Source: Rubripirellula sp. (lineage in GTDB: Bacteria > Planctomycetota > Planctomycetia > Pirellulales > Pirellulaceae). From it: DNA of 64,000 nt. The notes below the pieces were generated by a model, which was given only the letters and a program-made list of their open reading frames with translations, did not search any database and was not told the origin of the DNA. The translations under genes were made by a program, and so were the position numbers. The stretch spans positions 4,480,001 to 4,544,000 of the forward strand of contig OZ244207.1 of the NCBI GenBank assembly GCA_965216875.1. Reading direction: 5' to 3'. The number at the start of each line of letters is the position of its first letter. Positions within the stretch are counted from its first letter, which is position 1. Below, piece by piece: positions 39,117 through 48,783 of the stretch.

Positions 39117-39968
39117 TTAGTTTTGAACGATCGGGTTGGTCAGTGTGCCGATACCGCTGATCGAAATATTGACTTCGTCACCAGGCAGCAGAGTGAAGTC
39201 GGTCGTCGGGACAATCCCCGTGCCTGTCATGAGGAAGGCACCGTTGGGAAAAGAATTGTCGCGTCCGAGCCAGCCAACCAGGTTTTCGAAGGAACGTGCC
39301 ATCTGGGCGGCCGAGGTTTGCTGATCAAACACGACCTGACCATCACGATGGATTTTGAGGTCGATCTCAATCTCTTCGACGGGTGGAAGTTCGTCGTAGA
39401 GCGTGATCCAGGGACCGAGGCCCGCGCAATCGTCGTAGCACTTGGCTTGGGGGAGGTAGAGTGGGTTTTCGCCTTCGATATCGCGCGAACTCATATCGTT
39501 TCCGACGGTGAGCCCAATGATCCGCAGGTTTGGATTCAAAACGAGCGTGACTTCGGGTTCGGGCACGTTCCAGGTCGCGTCGCCGCGAATCCGCAGCGGT
39601 TGGCCTTGCCCGGCGACTCGATGGGGCGTCGCTTTGAAGAACAATTCGGGCCGATCAGCCTTATAGACCCTGTCGTAACAGGATGCAGCCGCTTCCGATT
39701 CCTCCATCCGAGCCGTTTGACTTCGCTTGTAGGTCACCCCCGCTGCCCAGACCTCCTGGTTATCAATGGGCGGCAGTAACTGCACCGAATCGAGCGGGAT
39801 GGCTGGGTCGGTCGCCAACGCCTCGATCGCCTGGATAGGATTCTCGGCGACAAGAAGATCGGCCAGGCACGTGAACTCCGTTCCCAGCTGGATCGGAAGC
39901 AAACGGTCGCCTTCGACGCGGGCAACGCGTACGGAGTCGGACGAATCGCGATATTTTGTTACGTTCAT
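39117..39968 (-). CDS. Fumarylacetoacetate-hydrolase-family protein (2-keto-3-deoxy-pentonate dehydratase-like)
   Basis: EVWAAGVTYKRS, RPELFFKA, VPEPE, GNDMSSRDIEGENPLYLPQAK. Confidence 0.88.
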   Translation of the reverse strand: MNVTKYRDSSDSVRVARVEGDRLLPIQLGTEFTCLADLLVAENPIQAIEALATDPAIPLDSVQLLPPIDNQEVWAAGVTYKRSQTARMEESEAAASCYDRVYKADRPELFFKATPHRVAGQGQPLRIRGDATWNVPEPEVTLVLNPNLRIIGLTVGNDMSSRDIEGENPLYLPQAKCYDDCAGLGPWITLYDELPPVEEIEIDLKIHRDGQVVFDQQTSAAQMARSFENLVGWLGRDNSFPNGAFLMTGTGIVPTTDFTLLPGDEVNISISGIGTLTNPIVQN

Positions 39969-40010
39969 AGCGGCAAGGATATCCAAAAGTCACGCAGTCG
40001 GGGAGCATCG

Positions 40011-43000
40011 ATGAACCAACCAGAAACCACTCCCAAGCCTTCAAGCGGATCGGGCGGCAAAATCGGGCTGCTGATGTTCCTGGCCGTTCTCGTTGGCGGC
40101 GGCGTGATTGCGTGGATGTCAGGCAAGGGTGGAGGAAATGGGGCGGGACCTGGTGGCGGCGAAGTTGGGGAAAGCCCCATGTTGCTGAAGACGCGTGTCG
40201 CACTTGCCGCCACAGAGAATCTAGCAACTGACGAGGCAAATGACACCTGGAACGAATTGTTTCTGCTCGCGCCTAACGACGATTCGGTGGCGCTTAATCG
40301 CGCGCTCAACCGCGTCCTGCGAGTTGACCAATTGGCTGAGCAAGCCAAAGACGGCTCGGCGACCGAACAAAAACGCAAAGAAGCGAGGATGCTGCTTCCC
40401 GACGCGATCGAGGCGGCCCGAAGTGGAGTCGGTGACTACGCCAAGATGAGCGACGATCCAGTGATCCCGCTCTGGCTCAATAGCCGCGTCGATTTGCACT
40501 ATGCGTCACTCTTGCCGCGGGCGATGACCAAGCCGCGACAAGTCGAAGTCTACAACAAACTTGTCGAAGCGGTGGGAGGTGATGTCGGCAAGTCGGCAAC
40601 ATCGATCATGCTCGCCGGCCCGCTGACCGACGTGCTCTTGCAGCTCGAAGATCCAAACGACGGACTGCCCAAAAATTTGCTGGGATCGGCCGTCAAAACC
40701 CTAACAACACTTTCGGACCAAAACCCCGACAACCTTTTCCTTGCGATTCATGCCGCGCGATTGAACATCGCCAGTGAAAACGCGGCCGCCAAACGACTTG
40801 TTCTGCGCACCCAAGAACTTGCTCAATCGATCGAACCCTCGCTCAGTCGAAAGACCGCACCGATCGGCGTCACCGCTGATGAGCTTGTCAAGAACATCAC
40901 CGATGCCATTGATGCCGGCCAATGGAACGATGCCGTCACCAACATGCAGTATTGGTTCAACGTCTTGAATCCGACCGAACTGGTGAAGACCGATCGCCGA
41001 CGCGCATCCCCCCATCCGCTCGATCGTTTGAGTTTCGAATCGCTGCGCAGACTTTCGGCGGCTGCCGAAAAGGCAACCCCAATCAACAAAGGCAGCAAGA
41101 ACATTTCCTTTGACGCTGTCCCCATCGCAGCAGCAACCGACGTTGCCTTGATTGCGGCGGCTGATTTCGACATCGACCTTGATGACGACTTACTAGGTGT
41201 CAGCGGCAAGCAGCTCACGCTCTGGCGCAATGATGGCGAACATGGCTGGGGCAAAGAATCAGAAACCGAACTCGCCGTGACGCCGAAAGGCATGCTCGTC
41301 GTTGACCTGTTTCGCGTCGGTGAAACGCATCCGGAGTTGATCAAACAAGAAAGCAACATCGAACTCGACGCCGATGGACAACCGGTCAGCCTTGACGGCA
41401 TCTACCGTCACGAAGTCTTTCCGAGCGTGGTCGCATTCGGTGACGATGGCGTTCAAATCATCGGCATCGACGGTCGCCCCTCGACCGCTGCGGAAAAGCG
41501 GTTCCGTCCAGAAACAGGGGAAACGGGGCTCGAAGACGTGAAGGGCGTCTTGGCAGCTTCCGCAGGCGATTTGGAAGGCGACGGAGACCTTGACCTCGTC
41601 TTTGCGACCAAAGAGAACGGGCTACGTCTTTTCGTCAATCGTGATAGCCGAACGTTCTTTGAAGTGACGCATCACGACGGCGGCTTTGATTCCGACGATC
41701 CCGCGACGGCCATCGCGCTGGTGGACATCGACCGCGACCTCGACCTTGATGTGATAACCCTGCACGCGAAAAGCGGGCAAGTCGGTCAGTTGGAAAACCT
41801 GCTGCACCTGCAATTCCGCGGTCGAATGATCAAAGACATCGATCCCATCGCCGGTGCGCACTCGATCGCGATCGCCGATGTCGACAGCAATGTCTCTTGG
41901 GATCTTGTGATCGCGGGCCAGTCAGAGGTGGCGATCGTCTATTCACAGACCGCTGACGCCGGTGTTTGGACCGTCGAACGAACAGAGCGGAGCGAACAAA
42001 CGAGCATGGGACTGTTGTCGGCAGACTTCGACAACGACTCGTGGAACGAACTTGTCGTCACCGGTCAACCAACGCGAGCCAACCGCGTCGGGCCATGGAA
42101 CTTTGACACGTGGCAAACGATCGAAGCCGCCGCGGTTTCGTCAGCCGTTCTGGCCGACATCAACGGCGACGGAAAAGTGGACCTGCTGTCCGTTCAAGGT
42201 GGCAATGCAGTTGCCATGACAAACACCACCGATACCGACGGCAATCACATGATCGTTCGGTTCAAAGGGATCGCGGACAACGCTGCCAATTCGGGACGCG
42301 TCAACCACTATGCGATCGGCAGCGTTCTGGAACTGAGATTTGGACCGCACTACCGCGCTCGCGTGATCGATTCGCCCGCAACTCACTTCGGGCTCGGCGA
42401 CTTTGATCAAGCGACGAGTATTCGCGTGATCCTTCCCAATGGCCTTACGCAAACGATTCGTGATCCCAACGTCAATGCACTGGTTGAAGAAGAACAACGA
42501 CTCAAGGGATCGTGCCCCTACCTTTATGCCTGGGATGGCGAGAAGTTTGTCTTCATGACCGATTGCCTTTGGGCAGCCCCTCTCGGGCTTCAAGTTGCAT
42601 CAGGAGTTGTGGCAAAAGACCGACCATGGGAATACCTGAAGGTCGACGGCCAACACGTCAAACCACGTGACGGCAAATACGAGTTCCGCATCACCGAGGA
42701 ACTTTGGGAGATCGCTTACATCGACAAGCTGGAAATGATCGCGGTGGACCGACCGGCCGACGTCGAGGTTTGGACCAACGAAAAGGTTGGACCTGGTTCG
42801 ATCGCCGAACCAACAATCTTTGCCTTTCGGCCTGACGATTTGCGCCAAGTCGCCAGCGCCAGCGATACCCATGGGCGGGACGTGACCAAGACGCTCGCAA
42901 GCCAAGACAAAGACTTTGTCCAAGGTTTTGATCGCAGGATCCGCCAAGGACTTTGCAAACCACACTGGATCGATGTCGACTTTGGCGATTCACCTGTCGA

Positions 43001-43856
43001 CCCGAAAGAGAACAAGGTCTATCTGGTTTTGACCGGCTGGATCTTGCCGACGGACACATCACTGAACATCCAGATCGACCAAAACCCTGAACTGCCACCG
43101 ATCGAATTTCCTTCGGTTTGGGTTCCCGATGCGAATGCCGAGGATGGTTGGCGCAAAGCGATTCCCTACATGGGCTTCCCGGGCGGTAAAACCAAAACGA
43201 TTGTCGTTGACGTGACGGATGTGGTCGTCGCCGATGACCCGAGATTCCGCATTCGCACCTCGGCCCAGATCTACTGGGACAGCGCCAAACTTGCGGTGCA
43301 AAACGAGCCACCCGCGATCAACACCCACGCACTCGAACTGTTATCGGCAGATGTCGACTACCACGGTTACTCGCGGCGAATCGAAGGCGAGCGTCGCCAG
43401 CCCGAATCGTACGACTACGCCCAACCGGGGCTCGACCCAATCTGGCCGCCACTTCGCGGTCCGTTGACCGACTTTGGCCCCTGCTTGCCACAACTGTCTG
43501 AGTGGGACGATTCGATGATCGTCTTCGGGGCGGGTGATGAGGTTCGATTCAGCGTCTCGCTGCCCGAAACACCGGTGCCCGAAGGCTGGAAACGCGATTT
43601 CATCCTGCACTGCGTTGGCTGGGACAAGGACGCCGACCTGAACACGCTGACGGGTCAAACCACCGGGCCGATGCCGTTTCGAGCGATGGATGAATACCCG
43701 CCGACGGCGGCACAATCGGAATTATCGACTGCAGCCGAACAGCAAAACGCGATACATCGCCGCAGACACCAAGCATTCCGTGCCTTTTGGAGACGAGATC
43801 AAGAATCATCTATGGATCGGTTTCATGACGCAGCCAAACGCGGTTTAGTCCAGTAG
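40011..43856 (+). CDS. Large CRTAC1-like protein (FG-GAP/VCBS repeats, ASPIC/UnbV domain, conserved C-terminal domain)
   Basis: N-terminal TM; GDLEGDGDLDL, DIDRDLDLDV, ADINGDGKVDLL; NHYAIGS..THFGLG; GSCPYLYAWDG. Confidence 0.85.
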   Translation: MNQPETTPKPSSGSGGKIGLLMFLAVLVGGGVIAWMSGKGGGNGAGPGGGEVGESPMLLKTRVALAATENLATDEANDTWNELFLLAPNDDSVALNRALNRVLRVDQLAEQAKDGSATEQKRKEARMLLPDAIEAARSGVGDYAKMSDDPVIPLWLNSRVDLHYASLLPRAMTKPRQVEVYNKLVEAVGGDVGKSATSIMLAGPLTDVLLQLEDPNDGLPKNLLGSAVKTLTTLSDQNPDNLFLAIHAARLNIASENAAAKRLVLRTQELAQSIEPSLSRKTAPIGVTADELVKNITDAIDAGQWNDAVTNMQYWFNVLNPTELVKTDRRRASPHPLDRLSFESLRRLSAAAEKATPINKGSKNISFDAVPIAAATDVALIAAADFDIDLDDDLLGVSGKQLTLWRNDGEHGWGKESETELAVTPKGMLVVDLFRVGETHPELIKQESNIELDADGQPVSLDGIYRHEVFPSVVAFGDDGVQIIGIDGRPSTAAEKRFRPETGETGLEDVKGVLAASAGDLEGDGDLDLVFATKENGLRLFVNRDSRTFFEVTHHDGGFDSDDPATAIALVDIDRDLDLDVITLHAKSGQVGQLENLLHLQFRGRMIKDIDPIAGAHSIAIADVDSNVSWDLVIAGQSEVAIVYSQTADAGVWTVERTERSEQTSMGLLSADFDNDSWNELVVTGQPTRANRVGPWNFDTWQTIEAAAVSSAVLADINGDGKVDLLSVQGGNAVAMTNTTDTDGNHMIVRFKGIADNAANSGRVNHYAIGSVLELRFGPHYRARVIDSPATHFGLGDFDQATSIRVILPNGLTQTIRDPNVNALVEEEQRLKGSCPYLYAWDGEKFVFMTDCLWAAPLGLQVASGVVAKDRPWEYLKVDGQHVKPRDGKYEFRITEELWEIAYIDKLEMIAVDRPADVEVWTNEKVGPGSIAEPTIFAFRPDDLRQVASASDTHGRDVTKTLASQDKDFVQGFDRRIRQGLCKPHWIDVDFGDSPVDPKENKVYLVLTGWILPTDTSLNIQIDQNPELPPIEFPSVWVPDANAEDGWRKAIPYMGFPGGKTKTIVVDVTDVVVADDPRFRIRTSAQIYWDSAKLAVQNEPPAINTHALELLSADVDYHGYSRRIEGERRQPESYDYAQPGLDPIWPPLRGPLTDFGPCLPQLSEWDDSMIVFGAGDEVRFSVSLPETPVPEGWKRDFILHCVGWDKDADLNTLTGQTTGPMPFRAMDEYPPTAAQSELSTAAEQQNAIHRRRHQAFRAFWRRDQESSMDRFHDAAKRGLVQ

Positions 43857-44032
43857 CTTGCCGCTGAGTGAATGGGTTGGTCGGCCCGACGACTCGGGAC
43901 CACGACGAAACCACCCCGAAGCAGGGAAGAAGAATTCTGCTTTGCGGGTCGGTTTCGGCTCGATTCGACCAAACAAAACCAAAGCGGGCTGCGTCTTAAC
44001 TGGATCATCATCCATTCATTGATTCCCTGTCC

Positions 44033-46897
44033 ATGTCTTCTCCTGAACCTGCAGCTGGTGGTGAAGGTACGCCGCCGGTCAAGAAAAAACCTCCCATCCG
44101 CCCCGTCACACCACGTCTGCGCGTCGTCCTTTACGTCGTGCTGATCCTCTTTGGTGCGCTTGCGGCCAATGGTCTTTACCTCACGTCGATCACTTGGCTC
44201 CAGTACTTCTCGGGCCAAATCTACGAAGATCACTTCTATCAATTGATGTTCCTTGGCCACCTCGGCCTGGGACTGCTCTTGATCGTCCCGACCGTTTTGT
44301 TTGGCTTCGTACATATGTGGCGAGCCAAGAATCGGCGCAACCGCCGCGCCGTCAAGATTGGCTACGGGCTACTCGCGATCGCAATTGCGATTTTGATCAG
44401 CGGTCTGCTGTTGATGCGAGTTGGCTCACTCAACATCGTCAATCCAGGGACACGGAGTGTCGTCTATTGGATGCACATCCTTTCGCCGCTGCTTGCGATC
44501 TGGTTGTACTGGCTTCACCGCCTTGTCGGTCCACGCATCAAATGGCACATCGGTCGCCGAGTTGGCTTGGCAACCGCCGGCTTTGTTGCCGTGATGGTTG
44601 CATTCCAAGCTTCCGACCCAAGGCGTAGCCACGAAAAGGCTCCCGACGGCTACTTCCAACCGTCGCTGGCACAAACGGCAACGGGCGACTTCTTGGCCGT
44701 CGAAACGATCATGAATGACGAATACTGTTTGAAGTGTCACCAAGACATTCACAACAGTTGGTTCCACAGCGCTCACAAGATGAGCAGCTTCAACAACCCA
44801 GCCTACAGGGCGTCTGTCCGAGAGACTCGCAAAGTCGCAAACGACCGCGCCGGCAATGTGCAAGCTTCACGCTGGTGCGCCGGGTGCCACGACCCCGTAC
44901 CATTCTTCACGGGCAAGTTCGACGATCCAAACTATGACGACGTCGGTGACGAAACCGCTCATGCCGGTATCACTTGCACGGCCTGCCATGCGATTCAATC
45001 GGTCGACTCGCACATCGGCAACGCCGATTACACGATTGACGAGCCGCAACATTACCCGTTTGCCTACAGCAAGAACCGATTGCTCCAATCGCTGAACGAA
45101 TTGATGGTGAAAGCAAAACCATCCTTCCACAAACACGAGATGCTCAAGCCGTTCCACAAGACCGCCGAGTTTTGTGGGACATGCCACAAGGTCAGTCTGC
45201 CGGGCGAAGTGACGGCGTACAAAGATTGGTTGCGTGGACAAAACCACTACGACAGCTACCTGCTCAGTGGTGTTTCGGGCCACGGTGCAAGCAGTTTCTA
45301 TTATCCGCCGCACGCCCAAGGAAACTGCAACGAGTGCCACATGCCCGCACTCGCGACCGACGAATTCGGAGCAAAGTACAACGAAGAGATTGGCGGCCTC
45401 GCCGTCCACGACCATCGTTTTCCAAGTGCAAACTCAGCCATCAGCTATTGGCTTGGCGACAAGGAAGGCATCGAGCGGCACCGCAAGTTCTTGAAAAACA
45501 ACTTGCGTGTCGATCTGTTCGGGCTTCGCGAGGACGCTGCGTTTGACGGCGAATTGACTGCCCCGCTCGGTGACCATGCCCAGGTCGAACCTGGCAAGAG
45601 CTACTTGGTCGAGACTGTTTTGCGAACGATGACCTTGGGCCATCACTTCACTCAAGGCACCACCGACTCGAATGAGATTTGGGTCGAGATGACGGCCAAA
45701 GTTGGCGACAAAGTGATTGGCAAGAGCGGTCACCGCGACGAACAGGAGGCGGTCGACCCGTGGTCGCATTTCGTTAATACGTTCATGCTCGATCGCGAGG
45801 GTAACCGCATCAATCGGCGTAATGCCCAGAACATTTTCACGCCACTTTACAGTCACCAAATCCCACCTGGTGCAGGACAGACGATTCATTACCGATTGGA
45901 TGTCCCCGAAGACTTAGACCAACCGATCGAAATCACCGCACGTCTGTTGTATCGAAAGTTTGACACCGAATACCTCGACTACATTCGTCGCGACCGCGAT
46001 CCTGCAGTCGAGAAGATTGACGTTGGCAAACCGGGCGACCCCAACGATTTGCCCATCATCGAAATCTCGAGCGACACACTCACCCTTTCGACCACCGCGC
46101 CGACCGAAGAGCAAATGGGATCCGAAATCCCCGAGTGGCAACGTTGGAACGACTACGGGATCGGTTTGCTGCTGAAAGGAAAAGCGGAACTCAAACAAGC
46201 CGCTGCGGCGTTTGCCAAAGTGGAGCAACTCGGTCGTTTTGACGGGCCGATCAACCTTGCTCGTGTTCAATTCACCGAGGGCAACTTGAGCGCGGCGACT
46301 CAAGCGCTTGCACGCGCAAAAGAGATGGACCCGCCACCGCCCACATGGACACACGGCTGGCTCAGCGGCATGGTCAATCGCCAACAAGGCAACCTCAAGG
46401 AAGCGGCTGAATCGCTTCGCGGTGTGCTGGGAACCAAAGTCCCCAGTCGCGGCTTCGATTTCTCGCTCGACTACCGCGTCCGCAACCTGCTCGGATCGAC
46501 GCTGATCGACTTGGCCGAACAGGCCGAAGTGATGGGTGACGAACCCAAGTCGAAAGAGCTTCTCGACGATGCTCAGGCACAGTTTGAAGAAGTGTTGACA
46601 GTCGATTCAGAAAACCTGAAAGCCCACAACAACTTGGCGATCATTTTCGGAATGCGTGGCGACAAAGAACGCGAAACGCATCACCGGGAATTGCACGCCA
46701 AGTACAAACCGGACAACAACGCTGCCGAACTCGCCATCCCCGAGGCTCGACGGCGTTACCCGGCGGCCAATCATGCTGCCGAAAAACTGGTGATCTACGA
46801 TTTGCATCGCCAGCAACGCGAATCGGAAACCACCGCAAAATCCGATTCCGAATCCAATTCTGCACCCGACGACCGCCAAGCCAACTTGCGACCATGA
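44033..46897 (+). CDS. Membrane-anchored pentaheme c-type cytochrome with TPR domain
   Basis: About 5 TM helices; CLKCH, CAGCH, CTACH, CGTCH, CNECH; C-terminal TPR-like helices. Confidence 0.9.
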   Translation: MSSPEPAAGGEGTPPVKKKPPIRPVTPRLRVVLYVVLILFGALAANGLYLTSITWLQYFSGQIYEDHFYQLMFLGHLGLGLLLIVPTVLFGFVHMWRAKNRRNRRAVKIGYGLLAIAIAILISGLLLMRVGSLNIVNPGTRSVVYWMHILSPLLAIWLYWLHRLVGPRIKWHIGRRVGLATAGFVAVMVAFQASDPRRSHEKAPDGYFQPSLAQTATGDFLAVETIMNDEYCLKCHQDIHNSWFHSAHKMSSFNNPAYRASVRETRKVANDRAGNVQASRWCAGCHDPVPFFTGKFDDPNYDDVGDETAHAGITCTACHAIQSVDSHIGNADYTIDEPQHYPFAYSKNRLLQSLNELMVKAKPSFHKHEMLKPFHKTAEFCGTCHKVSLPGEVTAYKDWLRGQNHYDSYLLSGVSGHGASSFYYPPHAQGNCNECHMPALATDEFGAKYNEEIGGLAVHDHRFPSANSAISYWLGDKEGIERHRKFLKNNLRVDLFGLREDAAFDGELTAPLGDHAQVEPGKSYLVETVLRTMTLGHHFTQGTTDSNEIWVEMTAKVGDKVIGKSGHRDEQEAVDPWSHFVNTFMLDREGNRINRRNAQNIFTPLYSHQIPPGAGQTIHYRLDVPEDLDQPIEITARLLYRKFDTEYLDYIRRDRDPAVEKIDVGKPGDPNDLPIIEISSDTLTLSTTAPTEEQMGSEIPEWQRWNDYGIGLLLKGKAELKQAAAAFAKVEQLGRFDGPINLARVQFTEGNLSAATQALARAKEMDPPPPTWTHGWLSGMVNRQQGNLKEAAESLRGVLGTKVPSRGFDFSLDYRVRNLLGSTLIDLAEQAEVMGDEPKSKELLDDAQAQFEEVLTVDSENLKAHNNLAIIFGMRGDKERETHHRELHAKYKPDNNAAELAIPEARRRYPAANHAAEKLVIYDLHRQQRESETTAKSDSESNSAPDDRQANLRP

Positions 46898-48741
46898 CCG
46901 AAACGCCTTCACCCGAGCATCACGATTCGGAAGATGTCGAAAATGATGCCGTGATCGGAAAGGCCTTTCGGGCTTCGCTGATCGTCTTTGTCCTTGGCGC
47001 CATCCCCGTCATCGGCATCTTGATCTACTTGAACGCGACCAAGGAAGAAGAAAAATCAACCGAGGTCGAGCAAGTCACGATCCCGATGGATCGCGAGGTA
47101 GACGAAACTCCCGACCTGCCCATGGCCGATGTGACCGAACCATCGGGCATCGAATTTATTCACGAGACGGGTCGCTATGGAGACAAGTTGCTTCCCGAGA
47201 CGATGGGCGGCGGCGTCGCGGTGTTTGATTACAACGGCGATGGTCACCAAGACATCTTGTTCGTCAACTCAAGCCGTTGGCCTTGGGATACCGACAACGC
47301 TGGCGAATCTCCCTGCAAACTCTTCAAAGGGGACGGCAAGCTTGGCTTCACCGACGTCTCGGAAGAAGCGGGAATCGACATCACGCTCTACGGAATGGGA
47401 ATCGCCGTTGGTGACTTTGACAACGACGGTGATTGCGATCTGTTTCTTTCCGCCGTTGGCAAGAACCGTCTGCTTCGCAACGACGAAGGCAAGTTTGTTG
47501 ACATCACCGACACCTCGGGTGCCGGGGGAAGCGACGAAGACTGGAGCACAAGTTGCGGGTTCCTCGATTACGACAACGATGGGTTGCTTGACCTGTTCGT
47601 TTGCAACTACGTGACGTGGAGCAAAGAGGAAGACCTCTCGCAGTTCCACACGCTCGATGGCGAAAATCGAGCCTACGGTCCGCCGATTGCCTTTGGCGGA
47701 TCCTATTCTCAGCTCTTGCACAACGAAGGTGACGGAACCTTCAAGGATGTGTCAGAGACGGCTGGTATTCAAATTCGAAACGAAGCGACCGACGTTCCAC
47801 TCGGCAAGGGCATGGGGCTGGCGCCCGTTGACGTCGATGGCGACGGATGGATCGACTTGATCGTGGCCAACGACACCGTTCGCAATTTCCTGTTCCACAA
47901 CAACCAAGACGGAACGTTCAGCGAAATTGGCCGGGTGTCGGGGATCGCATTTGACCGCGAAAGTGGCAACGCGCGTGGTGCCATGGGCATCGACGCTTCC
48001 GTCTTTCGAGATGATGGCACACTTGCGATCGGCATTGGCAACTTTGCAAACGAATCGAGCGCGCTGTACATGGCCAAACCGGGACGCACTCAATTCATCG
48101 ACGCAGCGATGTATACCGGCTTTGGGCCGCCGACGCGTCAAGGTTTGACCTTCGGCCTCTTCTTTTTCGATGTCGATCTCGACAGCCGCCTTGATGTCTT
48201 TGGAGCCAACGGGCATCTCGAAGAAGAGATTTCGAAAACGCAAAGCAGTCAACGATACGCTCAACCACCACAACTGTTCTGGAACGCGGGACGCGGCGCC
48301 GCGAGCGAACTGGTTCAAGTTGGCGAAGACAAAACCGGCTCTGAGTTTGTTCAACCGATCGTCGGTCGCGGTGCTGCCCACGGCGACTTTGACGGTGACG
48401 GTGACCAAGATATCGTCGTTGCCGTCAGCGGTGGTCAGCCAAAGGTCTTTCGCAATGACCAAGCGGTGGGTCATCATTGGTTGCGTGTTCGCCTGGTTGG
48501 CAAATCTTCCAACCGGGACGCGATCGGCGCCATCGTCGAACTCCAGCACGGCGACCGAGTTCTGAAACGAATGGTGATGCCGACAAGCAGCTACCTGAGC
48601 CAGAGCGAACGAGAAGTCACCTTCGGACTCGGCGAAACTGCCGAAGTCTCTGAAGTCACCGTGACTTGGCCAGGCGGCGAAAAGGAAGTCTTTCAAGTCG
48701 ACGGAATCGACCAAACGATCGAGCTGACTCAAAGCAAGTAG
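46894..48741 (+). CDS. CRTAC1-family protein (FG-GAP plus ASPIC/UnbV)
   Basis: LPETMGGGVAVFDYNGDG, GDFDNDGD, GRGAAHGDFDGDGDQD, NRDAIGA, SYLSQS..FGLG. Confidence 0.92.
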   Translation: MTETPSPEHHDSEDVENDAVIGKAFRASLIVFVLGAIPVIGILIYLNATKEEEKSTEVEQVTIPMDREVDETPDLPMADVTEPSGIEFIHETGRYGDKLLPETMGGGVAVFDYNGDGHQDILFVNSSRWPWDTDNAGESPCKLFKGDGKLGFTDVSEEAGIDITLYGMGIAVGDFDNDGDCDLFLSAVGKNRLLRNDEGKFVDITDTSGAGGSDEDWSTSCGFLDYDNDGLLDLFVCNYVTWSKEEDLSQFHTLDGENRAYGPPIAFGGSYSQLLHNEGDGTFKDVSETAGIQIRNEATDVPLGKGMGLAPVDVDGDGWIDLIVANDTVRNFLFHNNQDGTFSEIGRVSGIAFDRESGNARGAMGIDASVFRDDGTLAIGIGNFANESSALYMAKPGRTQFIDAAMYTGFGPPTRQGLTFGLFFFDVDLDSRLDVFGANGHLEEEISKTQSSQRYAQPPQLFWNAGRGAASELVQVGEDKTGSEFVQPIVGRGAAHGDFDGDGDQDIVVAVSGGQPKVFRNDQAVGHHWLRVRLVGKSSNRDAIGAIVELQHGDRVLKRMVMPTSSYLSQSEREVTFGLGETAEVSEVTVTWPGGEKEVFQVDGIDQTIELTQSK

Positions 48742-48783
48742 CGAGCGTTCAACGCACGCGGACGTCTGCCAAACGAGAAACCG

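Noticed and set aside
38544..39779. 411-aa plus-strand ORF
   Set aside because: Antisense to the aldehyde dehydrogenase and FAH genes; typical high-GC shadow ORF.
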